DNA of 64,000 bases from an uncultured Acidobacteriota bacterium (GCA_963764715.1 CAVXTP010000022.1:480001-544000); one strand, 5' to 3'; positions 7,764-19,034 are shown, counted from the stretch's first letter. The notes: generated by a model from the letters alone, not told the origin. Numbers and translations: made by a program.

Positions 7764-9758
7764 TTGCCCACGACAATCAAGACCATTCTCGTCGGGAAGG
7801 CCCGGGATCCGATGGATCCTCGAGTCTTTCACGCCGTCTCGCTCGCCGCCTTCCTCGCCTGGGTGGGCCTCGGCGCCGACGGCCTCTCGTCCTCGGCCTA
7901 CGGCCCGGAGGAAGCGTTCAAGGCGCTCGGGTCCCACGCCTACCTGTCGGTCTTCCTCGCGCTGATGATCGCGGCCACCGTCCTCATCATCTCGGCCTGC
8001 TACAGCAAGGTCATCGAGCTCTTCCCCGGCGGGGGTGGCGGTTACCTGGTCGCCACCAAGCTCCTCGGCCCGCGCTTCGGCGTGGTCTCGGGCTGCGCCC
8101 TCATCTTCGACTACGTGCTCACGATTTCGACATCGGTGGCCTCCGGAATCGACCAGATCTTCAGCTTCCTGCCGCTGTCGTGGAGCGGCTACCGGTTCGT
8201 GTTCAAGCTGCTGATCCTCGGCGTCCTCGTGCTGCTCAACCTCCGGGGCGTCAAGGAAAGCGTCCAGATCCTCGTTCCGATCTTCATCGTCTTCGTCGTC
8301 ACCCACTTCCTCATGGTCGTCGTGGCGGTCGGTCAGCACCTGTTCGACCTTCCGCGCATCTACCTCGGGGCGATTCGGGAAGCGCAGGGGACGGCGAGCG
8401 AGATCGGGGGGCTCGCCACGCTCTTCATCATCTTCCGGGCCTACTCGCTCGGTGCCGGTGCGTATACGGGCATCGAGGCCGTGTCGAACGGCGTTCAGAT
8501 TCTCCGCGAGCCCAAGGTCGCCAACGCAAAGCGAACCATGGCTTACATGGCCACCTCGCTGGCGGTCATGGCGGCCGGCATTATCCTCGGCTACCTGCTG
8601 ACCGACGCGCGTCCGACTCCCGGCCGCGTCATGAACGCGATCCTCGCCGAGAAGGTGTTCGGCGGCTGGACGATCGGCGGATTCGGCATCGGGCATGTCA
8701 TAGTGGTCCTGACGCTCGCCGCCGCGGGCTCGATTCTCTTCGTTGCGGCCCAGACGGGCTTTCTCGACGGACCGCGGATTCTGGCCAACATGGCGGTCGA
8801 CTCCTGGGCCCCCCGCCGGTTCGCCCAGCTCTCCGACCGTCTCGTGACGAACAACGGCGTTCTCCTCATGGGGATCGCCGCGGCGGCAACGCTCGTCTAC
8901 ACCCGCGGCTCCGTGTCGAGCCTGCTCGTCATGTACGCGATCAACGTGTTCGTGACGTTCAGCCTCACGCTCATCGGGATGACGCGCCACTGGTGGCAGG
9001 AGCGCGGGCGCGACGCCGCCTGGAAGAAAGGCTTCGCGCTCCAGGGCTTCGGAGCGGTCCTCTGCATCGGGATCCTCATCATCACGGTCTACGAGAAGGC
9101 CTACGAGGGCGGCTGGATGACGATCGTCGTGACGACGCTGCTCGTGACCCTCGCCTTTTCGATCAAGCGCCATTACCTGCGCGTCCGAGACCAGCTCCGG
9201 CGGCTCGACGAGCAGCTCCTCGACATTCCCGTGCGTCCCCACCCGCAAGAGGCCGGGGAGATCTCTCGGGAGGAGCCGCTCGCCGTGATGCTGGTCAATG
9301 GATTCTCGGGTCTCGGCGTCCACACGGTGCTGTCCGTTCAGACACTCTTCCCGCACCAGTACAAGAGCTACCTCTTCGTCTCGGTGGGCGTCATCGATTC
9401 GGCGATCTTCAAGGGCCATTCCGAAATCGAGGCCCTCGAGAAGCACACGGTCGAGGACCTGAAGAAGTACGTGGACTTCGCCCGCAAGCTCGGCTTCAAG
9501 GCGGACTACCGGTACAAGATCGGCACCGAGGCGGTCGAGGCGGTCGTCGACGTCTGCGAGGACGTTGGCAAGGAATTCCCGAGATCCATCTTCTACCTCG
9601 GCCAGCTCGTCTTCGAAAACGACAAGTTCTACTACCGCCTGCTCCACAACGAGACGGCATTCGCCATCCAGCGCCGCCTCCAGTTTGCAGGGCTGCAGGC
9701 GGTCGTGCTGCCGATCCGGGTGCTGGAGTCGAGGAAACGCCTCAAGAAGGCGTCCTGA
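7764..9758 (+). CDS. APC-family transporter, KimA/YdaO-like
   Basis: DGLSSSAYGPEE, GGGGYLVA and TGIEAVSNGV motifs; about 12 TM helices plus a cytoplasmic C-terminal domain; TTG start. Confidence 0.85.
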   Translation: MPTTIKTILVGKARDPMDPRVFHAVSLAAFLAWVGLGADGLSSSAYGPEEAFKALGSHAYLSVFLALMIAATVLIISACYSKVIELFPGGGGGYLVATKLLGPRFGVVSGCALIFDYVLTISTSVASGIDQIFSFLPLSWSGYRFVFKLLILGVLVLLNLRGVKESVQILVPIFIVFVVTHFLMVVVAVGQHLFDLPRIYLGAIREAQGTASEIGGLATLFIIFRAYSLGAGAYTGIEAVSNGVQILREPKVANAKRTMAYMATSLAVMAAGIILGYLLTDARPTPGRVMNAILAEKVFGGWTIGGFGIGHVIVVLTLAAAGSILFVAAQTGFLDGPRILANMAVDSWAPRRFAQLSDRLVTNNGVLLMGIAAAATLVYTRGSVSSLLVMYAINVFVTFSLTLIGMTRHWWQERGRDAAWKKGFALQGFGAVLCIGILIITVYEKAYEGGWMTIVVTTLLVTLAFSIKRHYLRVRDQLRRLDEQLLDIPVRPHPQEAGEISREEPLAVMLVNGFSGLGVHTVLSVQTLFPHQYKSYLFVSVGVIDSAIFKGHSEIEALEKHTVEDLKKYVDFARKLGFKADYRYKIGTEAVEAVVDVCEDVGKEFPRSIFYLGQLVFENDKFYYRLLHNETAFAIQRRLQFAGLQAVVLPIRVLESRKRLKKAS

Positions 9759-9768
9759 GGAGGGGCCG

Positions 9769-10756
9769 CTACTCGGGCCGCAGGGCCCGCTTCATCAGGC
9801 CGTCGACGGCCTCGCGCGCCGGAACGCCCTCGTAGAGCACCTGGACGACCGCCTCCGCGATCGGCGCGTCGGAGCCCCCGGCCGCGGCGAGCCGCGGGAC
9901 CGCGAGGCACGTCCGCGCGCCCTCGGCGACTTCGGGCATCTCGACGAGCACCTCGGAGAGCGTTCGGCCCCGGCCGATCTGCTCGCCGACGAAACGGTTC
10001 CGCGACTGCTGCCCCATGCACGTCAGCATGAGATCGCCGATCCCCGCGAGGCCATGGATCGTGCGGTCCTGCCCTCCCCCGGCCCGCACGATCCGTCCGA
10101 TCTCGGCGAGGCCGCGCGTCACGAGGGCCGCGAGCGTGTTCGGCCCGAAGCCCAGGCCCGCGACGATGCCGGCCGCGATCGCGACGACGTTCTTCAGCGC
10201 TCCGGCGAGCTCGACGCCCACGACGTCGTCGGAGCGGTAGAGGCGAAAGCACGGGCTCGAGAGCGCCTCCTGGAGCTCCTGGGCGAAGCCCCCGTCGCCG
10301 GACGCGACGACGGCGGCCGTCGGGTCGCCCCTCGCCACGCCCTCCGCGAAGGTCGGGCCCCGACAGCGCGGCCACGACGGCGCCCGGATAGTGCTCCCGC
10401 ATGATCTCGGTCATCCGCCGCAGGGTGTCGGGCTCGATGCCCTTGGCCGTCGAAACGAGCCGCAGCGGCCGTCCCTCGGCGGCCGGGGACAGGGAGAGCA
10501 GGGGGCGGAGCGACGCGCAGGGCACGGCGACGAAGATGGTCTCGCTGAACGCGAACGCCTCGGCGAGGTCCGACGACGTCCTCGTCGACGACGGGATCGG
10601 GTAGCCCGCGAGCCGGCGCGGGTGCCGGCCGTCGGCTTCGATGCGCGCCGCGACCTCCGGATCGCGGCCCCAGAGAAGGACGTCGTGCCCGGACCGCGCG
10701 AACTCGATCGCGAGCGCGGTGCCCCAGGAGCCCGCCCCGAGGATGCCGACCCTCAC
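9769..10756 (-). CDS. gpsA: NAD(P)H-dependent glycerol-3-phosphate dehydrogenase (one frameshift near 10358)
   Basis: GAGSWGTALA, KGIE, LSGP(TFA), GALKNVVAIAAG and GIGDLMLTC..SRN motifs split across two frames. Confidence 0.92.
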
Positions 10757-11350
10757 CGGGCCCCCAGCTTGCGTTCCGTCCCGGAGGCGAGCCGCCCGAG
10801 GTTGTCTCGATGCTTCAGGACGACGAGCACCGCCGTGGCGGCGGCCGCGAGGACGACCGGGCGGGGGGCATGGAACGACCAGCCCGGCGATCGGGGGCAG
10901 GAGGACGATCGCGACGACCGAGCCGAGCGAGACGTAACGGGTGACGGCGACGACGAGTACGAAGATCCCGACGCACACGAGCGTCGGCCACGGCGCCAGC
11001 ACGAGGAACGCGCCGACGGCCGTCGCGACGCCCTTCCCGCCGCGAAAGCCGTAGAAGAGGGGGAACACGTGCCCGAGCACGGCCGCGAAGGCCGCCGCCG
11101 CGGCGTAGCGCGGGTCCGCCGTCGCCAGACGCACGAGGACGACCGCGAGGGCTCCCTTGGCGATGTCGAGCGCGGCCACGGCGAGCCCGAGGCCCTTGCC
11201 GTGGGCCCGGAGGACGTTGGTCGCACCGGCGTTTCCGGAGCCCTCGGTGCGGATGTCCTTGCCGGTCGAAAGGCGCACGAGGAGGACCGCGAACGCCACC
11301 GACCCGAGCAGGTAGGCGACTCCGACGAGCGCCGCCGCGGCCGGGTTCAT
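10753..11350 (-). CDS. plsY: Glycerol-3-phosphate acyltransferase (frameshift near 10880)
   Basis: AYLLGS, GSGNAGATNV, GHVFP..FRGGKGVAT and KHRDNLGRL motifs. Confidence 0.92.
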
Positions 11351-11935
11351 GCGCCTACCGCCTGGCGCGCGCCGGCGAAGACGAGCGTCCGGAGCGGCGT
11401 GTGGACCGCGCCCGACGGCTCGAGCCGGCTCTCGTACAGCACGCAGGAGCGCGCGTCCCAGGGGGGCAGCTCCCACCCGTCCGACGTCGCGCCGGAACTC
11501 CTCGACGGCCGTCGCGGTCCACGGATCGCGCAGCCGGGCGAGGGTCAGGTGAGGATGGAAGGAGCGGCCTTCCCCGGCGAGGCCGGCCCGCCGGGCCGCC
11601 GCTTCGACGGCCGCCGCGAAGGACTCGAGCGCCGCGACACCGTCCGAGGGAAGGAAGCCGAGCCCGAGAACGCGGGGCCGCCCGCGCGGAGGGAAGACGA
11701 CCGCGCCGCCCTTCTCGAGTCGCATCGCGCCGGCTCCCCCGGCGATCGACGCGAGATCGTCGGCGAGGCGTTCCGCGGCCGCGGCCTCGATCTCGCCCAG
11801 GAACTTCAGGGTGAGGTGCCAGGCTTCCGGGCGGGTCCACGACGCTCTCGGCAGGGAGCCTCGCAGCCGTACCGCGAGCCGGCCGGCGCCCTCGACCCAC
11901 GCGGGGTCGGGCGGCACGGCCAGAAACGCCCTCAC
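11347..11935 (-). CDS. thpR: RNA 2',3'-cyclic phosphodiesterase, 2H family (frameshift near 11478)
   Basis: Two HxT motifs, HLTLKFLG and FHPHLTLAR; LYESRL after the frameshift. Confidence 0.88.
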
Positions 11936-13200
11936 CGGCCGGCCTCGCCGCCGACGAGGCGCCGGCGCAGGAGCTCGAGCGCGTGGATCGCCGCGGCGCG
12001 GCGGATGACGAGCCGGTCGCCGCCGAAGAGCCGCTTCTTTGCGGTCTCCGCTCCGCCGCGCTCGGCGAGGGCGAAGAACACGGTCCCGACCGGCTTTTCC
12101 GCGGACCCCCCGTCGGGCCCGGCGATCCCGGTAATCGCCACGGCGAAGTCCGAGCCGAACCGCTCGAGCGTGCCGCGCGCCATCTCGGCGGCCGATTCGG
12201 CCGACACGGCGCCGTGCGCGCGCAGCGTCTCCGCCGAGACCCCGAGGAGCTGCCGCTTCGCCTCGTCGGCATAGGACACGACCGATCCCAGAAAGTAGGC
12301 GCTCGAGCCCGGCACGTCGGTGAGCATGGACGACGCCAGGCCGCCCGTGCAGGACTCGGCGAAGGCGATCGTCCGGGAGGACTCGCGCAGCAGGCGCCCG
12401 ACGACGGCCGCGAGATCGTCCGCGTCGGCGCCGAAGATGCGGTCGCCGAGGATCGCCCGGAAGTCCTTCTCCATCGCCGAGAGCCGCGCCTCGGCCATGT
12501 CGGCTTCGCCCCGCACGGCCAGATGCAGCTGCACCTCTCCCGGCGACGCGAGGATCGTGACCGGGTCGTCCTTCCACCGGGCGTACACCGGCGCGACGAG
12601 CTCCTCCACGGCCGACTCCCCCATCCCGGCGATCCGGAGCACCCGGCGGCGGCCCACGGTGCCGCCCGCGCTCTCCCGCAGTTCCGGGAGGACGCGGTTC
12701 TCGAAGATCTCCTTCATCTCCGACGGGACGCCGGGGAGGATGATGATCTCCGTCTCTCCGCGCTTCGCCCGGAACCCCGGGGCCGTGCCGTTGGGGTTCT
12801 CGAGGACTCGCGCGCCCACGATGAAGTCGGCCTGCTTCTCGTTGCAGGCGGGCATCGCGATCCCGCGGCGCTCGAAGCGCCGGCGCATGCCCGCCAGGAA
12901 TTCCTCGTTGCGCTCGAGGTCGGCGGGAAGCCAGGCCGCGACCGACGCCACGGTGACGTCGTCGGCCGTGGGCCCGAGGCCGCCGGTCGTCACGACGAGG
13001 GCCGCGGCGCGCGAGGCGCTCTCGAGCTCGTCGGCGATCAGGGCCGGGTCGTCGCCCACGATCGACTTGCGCACCACCGGGATCCCGATCTCCTCGAGGC
13101 GCGCCGAAAGCCAGAGGGAGTTGGTGTCCTGGCGCAGGGGCCCCAGCATCTCGCTGCCGATCGCGATGATCGCGGCCGAGGACGGGCGGCTCGAGGTCAC
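11932..13200 (-). CDS. cinA: Competence/damage-inducible protein A (NMN deamidase)
   Basis: IGSEML..DTN, TTGGLGPTADDVT, AESCTGG and ITGIAGPDGG motifs. Confidence 0.92.
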   Translation of the reverse strand: MTSSRPSSAAIIAIGSEMLGPLRQDTNSLWLSARLEEIGIPVVRKSIVGDDPALIADELESASRAAALVVTTGGLGPTADDVTVASVAAWLPADLERNEEFLAGMRRRFERRGIAMPACNEKQADFIVGARVLENPNGTAPGFRAKRGETEIIILPGVPSEMKEIFENRVLPELRESAGGTVGRRRVLRIAGMGESAVEELVAPVYARWKDDPVTILASPGEVQLHLAVRGEADMAEARLSAMEKDFRAILGDRIFGADADDLAAVVGRLLRESSRTIAFAESCTGGLASSMLTDVPGSSAYFLGSVVSYADEAKRQLLGVSAETLRAHGAVSAESAAEMARGTLERFGSDFAVAITGIAGPDGGSAEKPVGTVFFALAERGGAETAKKRLFGGDRLVIRRAAAIHALELLRRRLVGGEAGR

Positions 13201-15171
13201 GATTCGCGCGGCACGGCCTTCTCGGACTCTTCCGAGAGGCGGGCCCACTCCTCGACCAGGCCGTCGAGCTCGGCCTTGAGACCCGACTTCTTCGTCGCGA
13301 GCTCGTGCGCGGCGACGGGGCCGAGGGTCAAAGCCTCCTCCCAGAGCCGCGTCTCGAGGGATTCGATCTCCGTCTCGAGCGACTCGATCTTCTCCTCCAG
13401 CGTGCGGATGCGCCGCCGGCGGCGGGCGGACTCCTTGTCTTCGGAGCTCTCGGCCTTCCGGACCGGGCGCGGCGCGGGCTTTGCCGGCGCGGGCTCGACC
13501 GGTCGCGGAGGCGACCCCGGCTCGACCCGCGTCGAAGCGGCCGGCCCCGGCGAGGGCTCCGGATACTTGCGGCGCTCCGCCCGGGCCTCGGCCGTTTCCG
13601 TGTAGTTGCCCGGATAGAGGCGCGCCCGGCCCTCCCGCAGGTCGATGACCCGGGTCGCGAGGCGGTCGATGAACGCGCGGTCGTGCGAGACGAACACGAT
13701 CGACCCCGGAAACTCCTCGAGGGACTCCTCGAGGGCCTCCCGCGAGTCGAGGTCGAGATGGTTGGTCGGCTCGTCGAGGAGCAGCAGGTTGTGCCGCTGC
13801 TGCATGACGACGGCGAGCGTCAGGCGGCCCTTCTCGCCGCCGGAGAGCCCCGCGATCGGGAGGAAGACGTCGTCGCCCGCGGAAGGCGAAGCGCGCGAGG
13901 TAGGAGCGCATGGCGCCCTCGGTCTCGGACGGCCGGCCGTCCCAGACGGCGTCGATCGCCCGGCCCCGGGGATCGAGGTCCGAGAGCTCCTGGTCGTAGT
14001 AGCCGATCGACACGTCGTGCCCCGTCGTGGCCGAGCCGGCGAGGGCAGGCAGGCGGCCGGCGAGCGTCTTCAGCAGCGTCGTCTTCCCCGTCCCGTTCTC
14101 GCCCAGGATCGCCAGGCGCTCGCCGCGAAGCAGCTCGAAGCCGACGTCCCGCACGATCGGTTCGCCCGCAGCGTAGCCCACGTCGAGGTGGTTGCGCCCG
14201 CAGGAAGCTGCGGCCGCCGATGCGGGCCGCGTCGAACCGGAAGCTCACGGCCGTCGTGTCCTCGGTCGGCTTCTCCAGCCGCTCGACCCGCGCGAGCTTG
14301 GTGCGGCGGCCCTTGGCCTGGCGGGAGTTCTGCGCCGGCGATGTTCCGGCGGATGTACTCCTGCTCCTTGTCGATGAAGTCCTGCTGCTTGTCGAAGGCC
14401 CGCGTCGCCGTCAGGATCCGCTCGGCCTTCTGCCTCCGGTAGGAGGTGTAGCCGCCGGAGTAGGACGACAGCCTCCCGTTCTCGAGGTCGATGATCTCCT
14501 CGGCGACCCGATCGAGAAACCGGCGGTCGTGGGTCACGACGAGATAGGCCCGCCGCGACTTCGCCAGGTACTCCTCGAGGAACTCGACGGCCTGGAAGTC
14601 GAGGTGGTTCGTCGGCTCGTCGAGCAGCAGCACGTCCGGCGACGAGAGGATCGCGCGCGCGAGCATCGCCCGGTTCTTCTGGCCGCCCGAGAGCTCGGCG
14701 AGCGGACGCTCGAAGTCCGTCTTGTCGAACCCGAGGCCCGACAGGGTCTTGTCGACCTCGGCGACCATGTCGTAGCCGCCCTCGTTCTCGAAGCGGTGCG
14801 TCAGGCGCGTCGTAGCGGTCGTGGAGCGCGACGGAGGCGTCGCCCTCGGCCATGCGGTGCTCCATCGAGCGCAGCTCCGCCTCGATCGCGTGGAGGTGGG
14901 CGAAGGCGCTCGCCGCGAAGTCGTGGAGCCGCTCGGCGAGGTCCGCCTCCAGGGCCTGGTCCACCGTCGCGATCCGCACGGCGTTGGCCTTGACGAACTC
15001 CCCCGCGTCCGGTTCCTCGCGACCGAGGGCGATCCGCAGGAGCGTGGTCTTGCCGGCCCCGTTGCGGCCCACGAGGCCGACCTTCTGCCCGGGGTTGTGC
15101 TGCCAGCTGACGTCCCGGAGGACCTCCTTCGGGCCGTAGCTCTTGCGCACGTGATCGAACCGGTACAGCAC
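13197..15171 (-). CDS. ABC-F family ATP-binding protein (four frameshifts)
   Basis: Two ABC domains (GRNGAGKTT, LSGGQK, LLLDEPTNHLD; GENGTGKTT, LSGGEK) and a C-terminal coiled coil. +1 shifts near 14804, 14334, 14194 and 13882. Confidence 0.88.
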
Positions 15172-15191
15172 GGGCGGATTGTATCGGGAGA

Positions 15192-16346
15192 CTAGAACCG
15201 GGCCCGATTCGCGTCGTACGTCCGGCCGCGCCAGTGGACCTCGCGGTGCAGGAAGCGGCGCGCGAGGGACCGCACGGTGATTCCCGCCCAGACGGCCGCG
15301 GTGATCGGCTGGGTCACCGCCGTCCAGGCCGGGTAGCGCAGGTAGGCGCCCATCGCCAGGCGCGCGACGACCGTCAACCCGAAGGCCGTCGCGGCGAGGG
15401 CGACGTCCCGGGAGGGAATGCGCACGCCGACCGCGGCGACCCCGAGGACGACCGCCGGGAGCGTCCACGCCAGGAATGTGAAGAAGGTCGACACGGCGAG
15501 AAACACGCCCATGGCGCCTTCGAAGACGCAGGCCATGTTCTTCGTGAAGCCGTCGACGACCTCGCGGAAGCCGCGGTACATGCGGAGGCGGACGCGATGG
15601 TCGGCCATCGCCATTCGGCAGCGGCCCCCGGCGCGGCGAACGCGGATCGCGAGCCCGATGTCGTCGATGACCGACTGCTTGAGCGCCTCGTGGCCGCCCG
15701 CCGCCCGGTAGGCCGAGGCGCGGACGAGCATTCCGGCGCCGCCCCCCGCCGCGTACCGCTTCTGGAGGTCCGAGTTGACCCAGAAGGCCGGACCGAAGAA
15801 GTAGGACACCGCGAGGTAGGGCATCAGCGCGTTCTCCCAGAAGCCCCGCATCTCGACGCGCGGGAAGAGCGCGAGGAAGTCGATGCGCTTGCGCTCGAGC
15901 ATCGCGATCGCTTCGGAGAGGGCGGGCGGGTCGTAGTGGACGTCGGCGTCGGCGAACAGGATGACGTCCCCCGTGGCGCGGGACGCCCCCTGGAACAGGG
16001 CGTGGGGCTTCCCCAGCCAGCCCTCGGGCGGCTCGACGCCCGGGACGACGGTCAGGCGCAGGTTCTCGGCCTCCAGCCGCGCGAGGATCCCGGCCGTGCC
16101 GTCCGTCGAGCGGTCGTCGACGACGATCACCTCGAACGACGGGTAGTCCTGGGCGAGGTGCGAGCGGACGGCCGCCTCGATGTCCGCGGCCTCGTTGCGC
16201 GCCGGGACGACGATCGAGACGCGCGGCGCTCCCGGGGGGAAACCGCCGGCGGGCGCGAGCCGACGGATCGCGAGGACGTTGATCGCCAGGAAGACGAGCG
16301 AGATGGCCGCGAGGGCGGCCGACGCGACGAGCGCCCCGTGGACGAA
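15192..16346 (-). CDS. Family 2 glycosyltransferase (HpnI/CrtQ-like); start codon not identified
   Basis: VSIVVPARNE, VVDDRSTDGT, GWLGKPHAL, FADAD and WRGR motifs. The frame extends through an N-terminal TM to about 16346 without ATG/GTG/TTG. Confidence 0.8.
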   Translation of the reverse strand, partial: FVHGALVASAALAAISLVFLAINVLAIRRLAPAGGFPPGAPRVSIVVPARNEAADIEAAVRSHLAQDYPSFEVIVVDDRSTDGTAGILARLEAENLRLTVVPGVEPPEGWLGKPHALFQGASRATGDVILFADADVHYDPPALSEAIAMLERKRIDFLALFPRVEMRGFWENALMPYLAVSYFFGPAFWVNSDLQKRYAAGGGAGMLVRASAYRAAGGHEALKQSVIDDIGLAIRVRRAGGRCRMAMADHRVRLRMYRGFREVVDGFTKNMACVFEGAMGVFLAVSTFFTFLAWTLPAVVLGVAAVGVRIPSRDVALAATAFGLTVVARLAMGAYLRYPAWTAVTQPITAAVWAGITVRSLARRFLHREVHWRGRTYDANRARF

Positions 16347-16348
16347 GC

Positions 16349-17044
16349 CTACGACAGCGGGACCTTCTGCCGGGCGTCGGCGCGGTAGGGCGAGTTCGGG
16401 TAGTCGGTGATCAGCCGCTGGTACGTGGCGCGGGCGTCGGCGGCGGCGCCGCTCGCCTCGTAGATCTGGGCGAGCGTGAAGAGCAGCGCGTCCTTGGGGG
16501 CGGCGGTCGACGCGGAGTCGATGGCCCGCTTCAGCCGGTCGACGGCCTCGGTCGTTTTGCCGTCGGCCGCGAGGAGCTTCGCCGCGTCGATTTCCGCGGC
16601 GGCCGCGGCCTCGGAGCGCCCCTTGCGGGCCGCGTTCTCGAAGGACTGCACCGCCTCGGCGGGCTTCTGCGAGCCGGCGGCCGCGAGGATCACCTGCGCC
16701 GCACGGCCCGACGGCGTCGAGCCGCGGGCCGCCGCCTTGCGCAGGAAGGGCTCGGCCTCCGCCTGGCGCGCCGCGGCGTTCGGATACGTCTTGGCGGCGC
16801 TCGGCTGCTCGGTCACGAGCGGCGTCGAGAGGATGGCGAGGGCCTCGGAAAGGTTCCGGCCGGCCGAGCGGTCCGCCCAGGCGCGGTAGGCGAAGAACGC
16901 GGCCACCAGGACGGCGAGCCCCACGGCGATCGCCACGGACTCGGCGACGCCCTTCTTGTGCCCGCTGACGTAGTCGACCGTCTTGCCGACGGTCTCGGCG
17001 AGCTCGTTGCGCTTCATGTCCCGGCGGGTGATCCTCTGCGTCAT
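16349..17044 (-). CDS. Membrane-anchored TPR protein (YfgM-like)
   Basis: ITRRDMKRNE N-terminus, one TM helix, TPR end ARATYQRLITDYPNSPY. Confidence 0.8.
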   Translation of the reverse strand: MTQRITRRDMKRNELAETVGKTVDYVSGHKKGVAESVAIAVGLAVLVAAFFAYRAWADRSAGRNLSEALAILSTPLVTEQPSAAKTYPNAAARQAEAEPFLRKAAARGSTPSGRAAQVILAAAGSQKPAEAVQSFENAARKGRSEAAAAAEIDAAKLLAADGKTTEAVDRLKRAIDSASTAAPKDALLFTLAQIYEASGAAADARATYQRLITDYPNSPYRADARQKVPLS

Positions 17045-17124
17045 GTCGGCCTGCTCTCCGAAAAACGGGGCATTATGTCCGAGCCGGCGAGGCCCGTCAA
17101 TCGCGGCGCTATACTCGATCGGGC

Positions 17125-17718
17125 ATGGGCATGGACGAGATCAAGATCACCGGCGAGCCGTCGCGCGCCGGAGACCGTTGCGCGTTCACCGTCGACCGGC
17201 CCCTGCTCCCCGGGGACTCGGCGCACTTCGCGGGGCCGGGCGAGTCCCGCCACTCCCCTCTCGCCGCGGAGCTGCTGGCCATCCCCGGCGTCGAGGGGGT
17301 GCTCTTGGCCGACAACACCGTGACGGTGTCCTCGGCCCACCCGGTCGACTGGCCGGCCCTCGGCATCGGAAACGTCATCCGCAGGCACCTCCGGACCGGG
17401 GCGCCGGTCGTCTCGCCGGCGTACTTCGAAGAGCTCCCGTCGGAAGGCGACCTGAAGTGGGCGATCCGCGACCTGCTCGACCGCGAGATCAATCCGGCCG
17501 TCGGGCAGCACGGCGGGTTCGTCGAGCTGATCGACGTCCGGAAGAACAACGTGTACCTGCGCCTGGGCGGCGGGTGCCAGGGCTGCGGCGCCGCCGACGT
17601 CACGCTGAAGCAGGGCATCGAGAAGGCGATCCGGGGTCTCGCGCCCACGATCGGCGAGGTCCTCGACACGACCGACCACGCCGCCGGCCGCAACCCCTTC
17701 TACGCCCCGGCCAAGTGA
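17125..17718 (+). CDS. nfuA: NifU/NfuA-type Fe-S carrier
   Basis: Nfu_N (SPLAAELLAIPGVEGV) plus INPAVGQHGG...GGGCQGC and DTTDH..G.NPFY. Confidence 0.85.
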   Translation: MGMDEIKITGEPSRAGDRCAFTVDRPLLPGDSAHFAGPGESRHSPLAAELLAIPGVEGVLLADNTVTVSSAHPVDWPALGIGNVIRRHLRTGAPVVSPAYFEELPSEGDLKWAIRDLLDREINPAVGQHGGFVELIDVRKNNVYLRLGGGCQGCGAADVTLKQGIEKAIRGLAPTIGEVLDTTDHAAGRNPFYAPAK

Positions 17719-17736
17719 CGCCGGCGCGCTCGCGCG

Positions 17737-18969
17737 TCAACCCACTCGAAACGTGAGCCGGCGGTGCGCCTCGCGCAGGGCCGCCTCTGCCTGGGCGGGG
17801 CCCGCGCACCGCGCGAAGATGAATCCCGGGTAGCGGGAGCCCTCGGGCCAGGCAACGAGCCTTTCCCCGGGGTGGGCGGAGATCGTGACCTCTTCGATGC
17901 CGTCGACTGCGCGCGCGGCGTCGAGGCCCTCGACCTCCTCGAGCACTCCTTCCCGCGGCACCGGGATCATCATCACGCCCGCGGCCCGTCCGTCGAGGCT
18001 CCCCTCCGGTCGTTCGAGGCCGAGGGCCTGCCGGAGGACGAGCTCCTCGAGCGACATCCCGGTCCCGAACCGCAGCGTCCTCGAGCAGAGCCCGCCGATC
18101 GAGCGGGCCGCGAGCTCGATGATCCAGGCGCCGCGGGCGTTCCAGCGGAGCTCGGCATGGACGGGCCCGTCCGTCAGCGACAGGGCCCGCGCTCCGGCCT
18201 CCGCCGCGGCCCGGATCGACGCCTGCGCCTCCTCCGGGAGGCGGGACGGGGTCACGTAGATCGTCTCCTCGAAGAAGGGGCCGTCGAGCGGATCGGGCTT
18301 GTCGAAGAGCGCCAGCGTCTCGAGGCGCCCGCCGGCGAGCAGGCCTTCGAGCGCGACCTCGACGCCGCCGACGAAGTCCTCGACGAGGATCTCCCGCGCG
18401 GCCTGTCCCCCGCGGCGGGCGAGGTCGGGCGCCGAGAGCAGCGCCGCGATCCGCCGCCATGCCGCCTCGAATCCGGCGGGATCGTCGGCGCGGATGACGC
18501 CCCGGCTTCCCGCGAGAAACGTCGGCTTGAGCACGCACGGGTACGTCACGGACCGGGCGGCCTGGCCGGGGTCGTCGTCGAGCGTGAAGATCCGGTGCGG
18601 CGGCGAGGGCGCGCCGGCCCGCGCGAGCGCCTCGCGGAGCCTCCCCTTGTGGCGCGCGGCGGCGACGGCTTCGCGGGGGTTGTGCGGCAGCCCGAGCGCC
18701 TCGGCGATCGCGGCCGCCGCCACGACGGTGTCTTCGTCGACGCCGACGACCGCGTCGACCCGCGTCCGCCGGGCCCAGACGGCCGCCGCGAGGGCGCAGG
18801 CCTCCGGATCCCGGAAGTCGAGCGTCAGGAGACCCGCCGGGTTCAAGTGCTCGAGCGCGCTCGTCTCCTCGACGCCGACGGACACCTCGACGCCGAGCGC
18901 CTGCGCCGCCCGCATGAAGTCCGGCGTCCGGTAGCTCGTCGTCGGCAGAAGGAGAAGAACGCGCGCCAC
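17737..18969 (-). CDS. ATP-grasp domain protein
   Basis: YPCVLKP..LAGSRGV, LVEDFVGGVEVALEG, HAELR and IELAARSIGG motifs. Confidence 0.85.
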   Translation of the reverse strand: MARVLLLLPTTSYRTPDFMRAAQALGVEVSVGVEETSALEHLNPAGLLTLDFRDPEACALAAAVWARRTRVDAVVGVDEDTVVAAAAIAEALGLPHNPREAVAAARHKGRLREALARAGAPSPPHRIFTLDDDPGQAARSVTYPCVLKPTFLAGSRGVIRADDPAGFEAAWRRIAALLSAPDLARRGGQAAREILVEDFVGGVEVALEGLLAGGRLETLALFDKPDPLDGPFFEETIYVTPSRLPEEAQASIRAAAEAGARALSLTDGPVHAELRWNARGAWIIELAARSIGGLCSRTLRFGTGMSLEELVLRQALGLERPEGSLDGRAAGVMMIPVPREGVLEEVEGLDAARAVDGIEEVTISAHPGERLVAWPEGSRYPGFIFARCAGPAQAEAALREAHRRLTFRVG

Positions 18970-19034
18970 CGGGCGATCCTAGCCGGATCTTGACGCCCGT
19001 GCGCGGCCACGCGCCGCACTGATACGGTCGGCCG

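Noticed and set aside
11932-14181. Apparent ABC-CinA fusion and 9632-12577 ThpR-PlsY-GpsA fusion
   Set aside because: Both are produced by the +1 frameshifts; each gene has its own coupled start and stop.
17737-18969. ATP-grasp protein as a RiPP (graspetide) ligase for the 22140-22280 peptide
   Set aside because: Separate transcription unit 3 kb away, not recognisably RimK/MvdD-like, and the peptide lacks repeated T/K-D/E core motifs.
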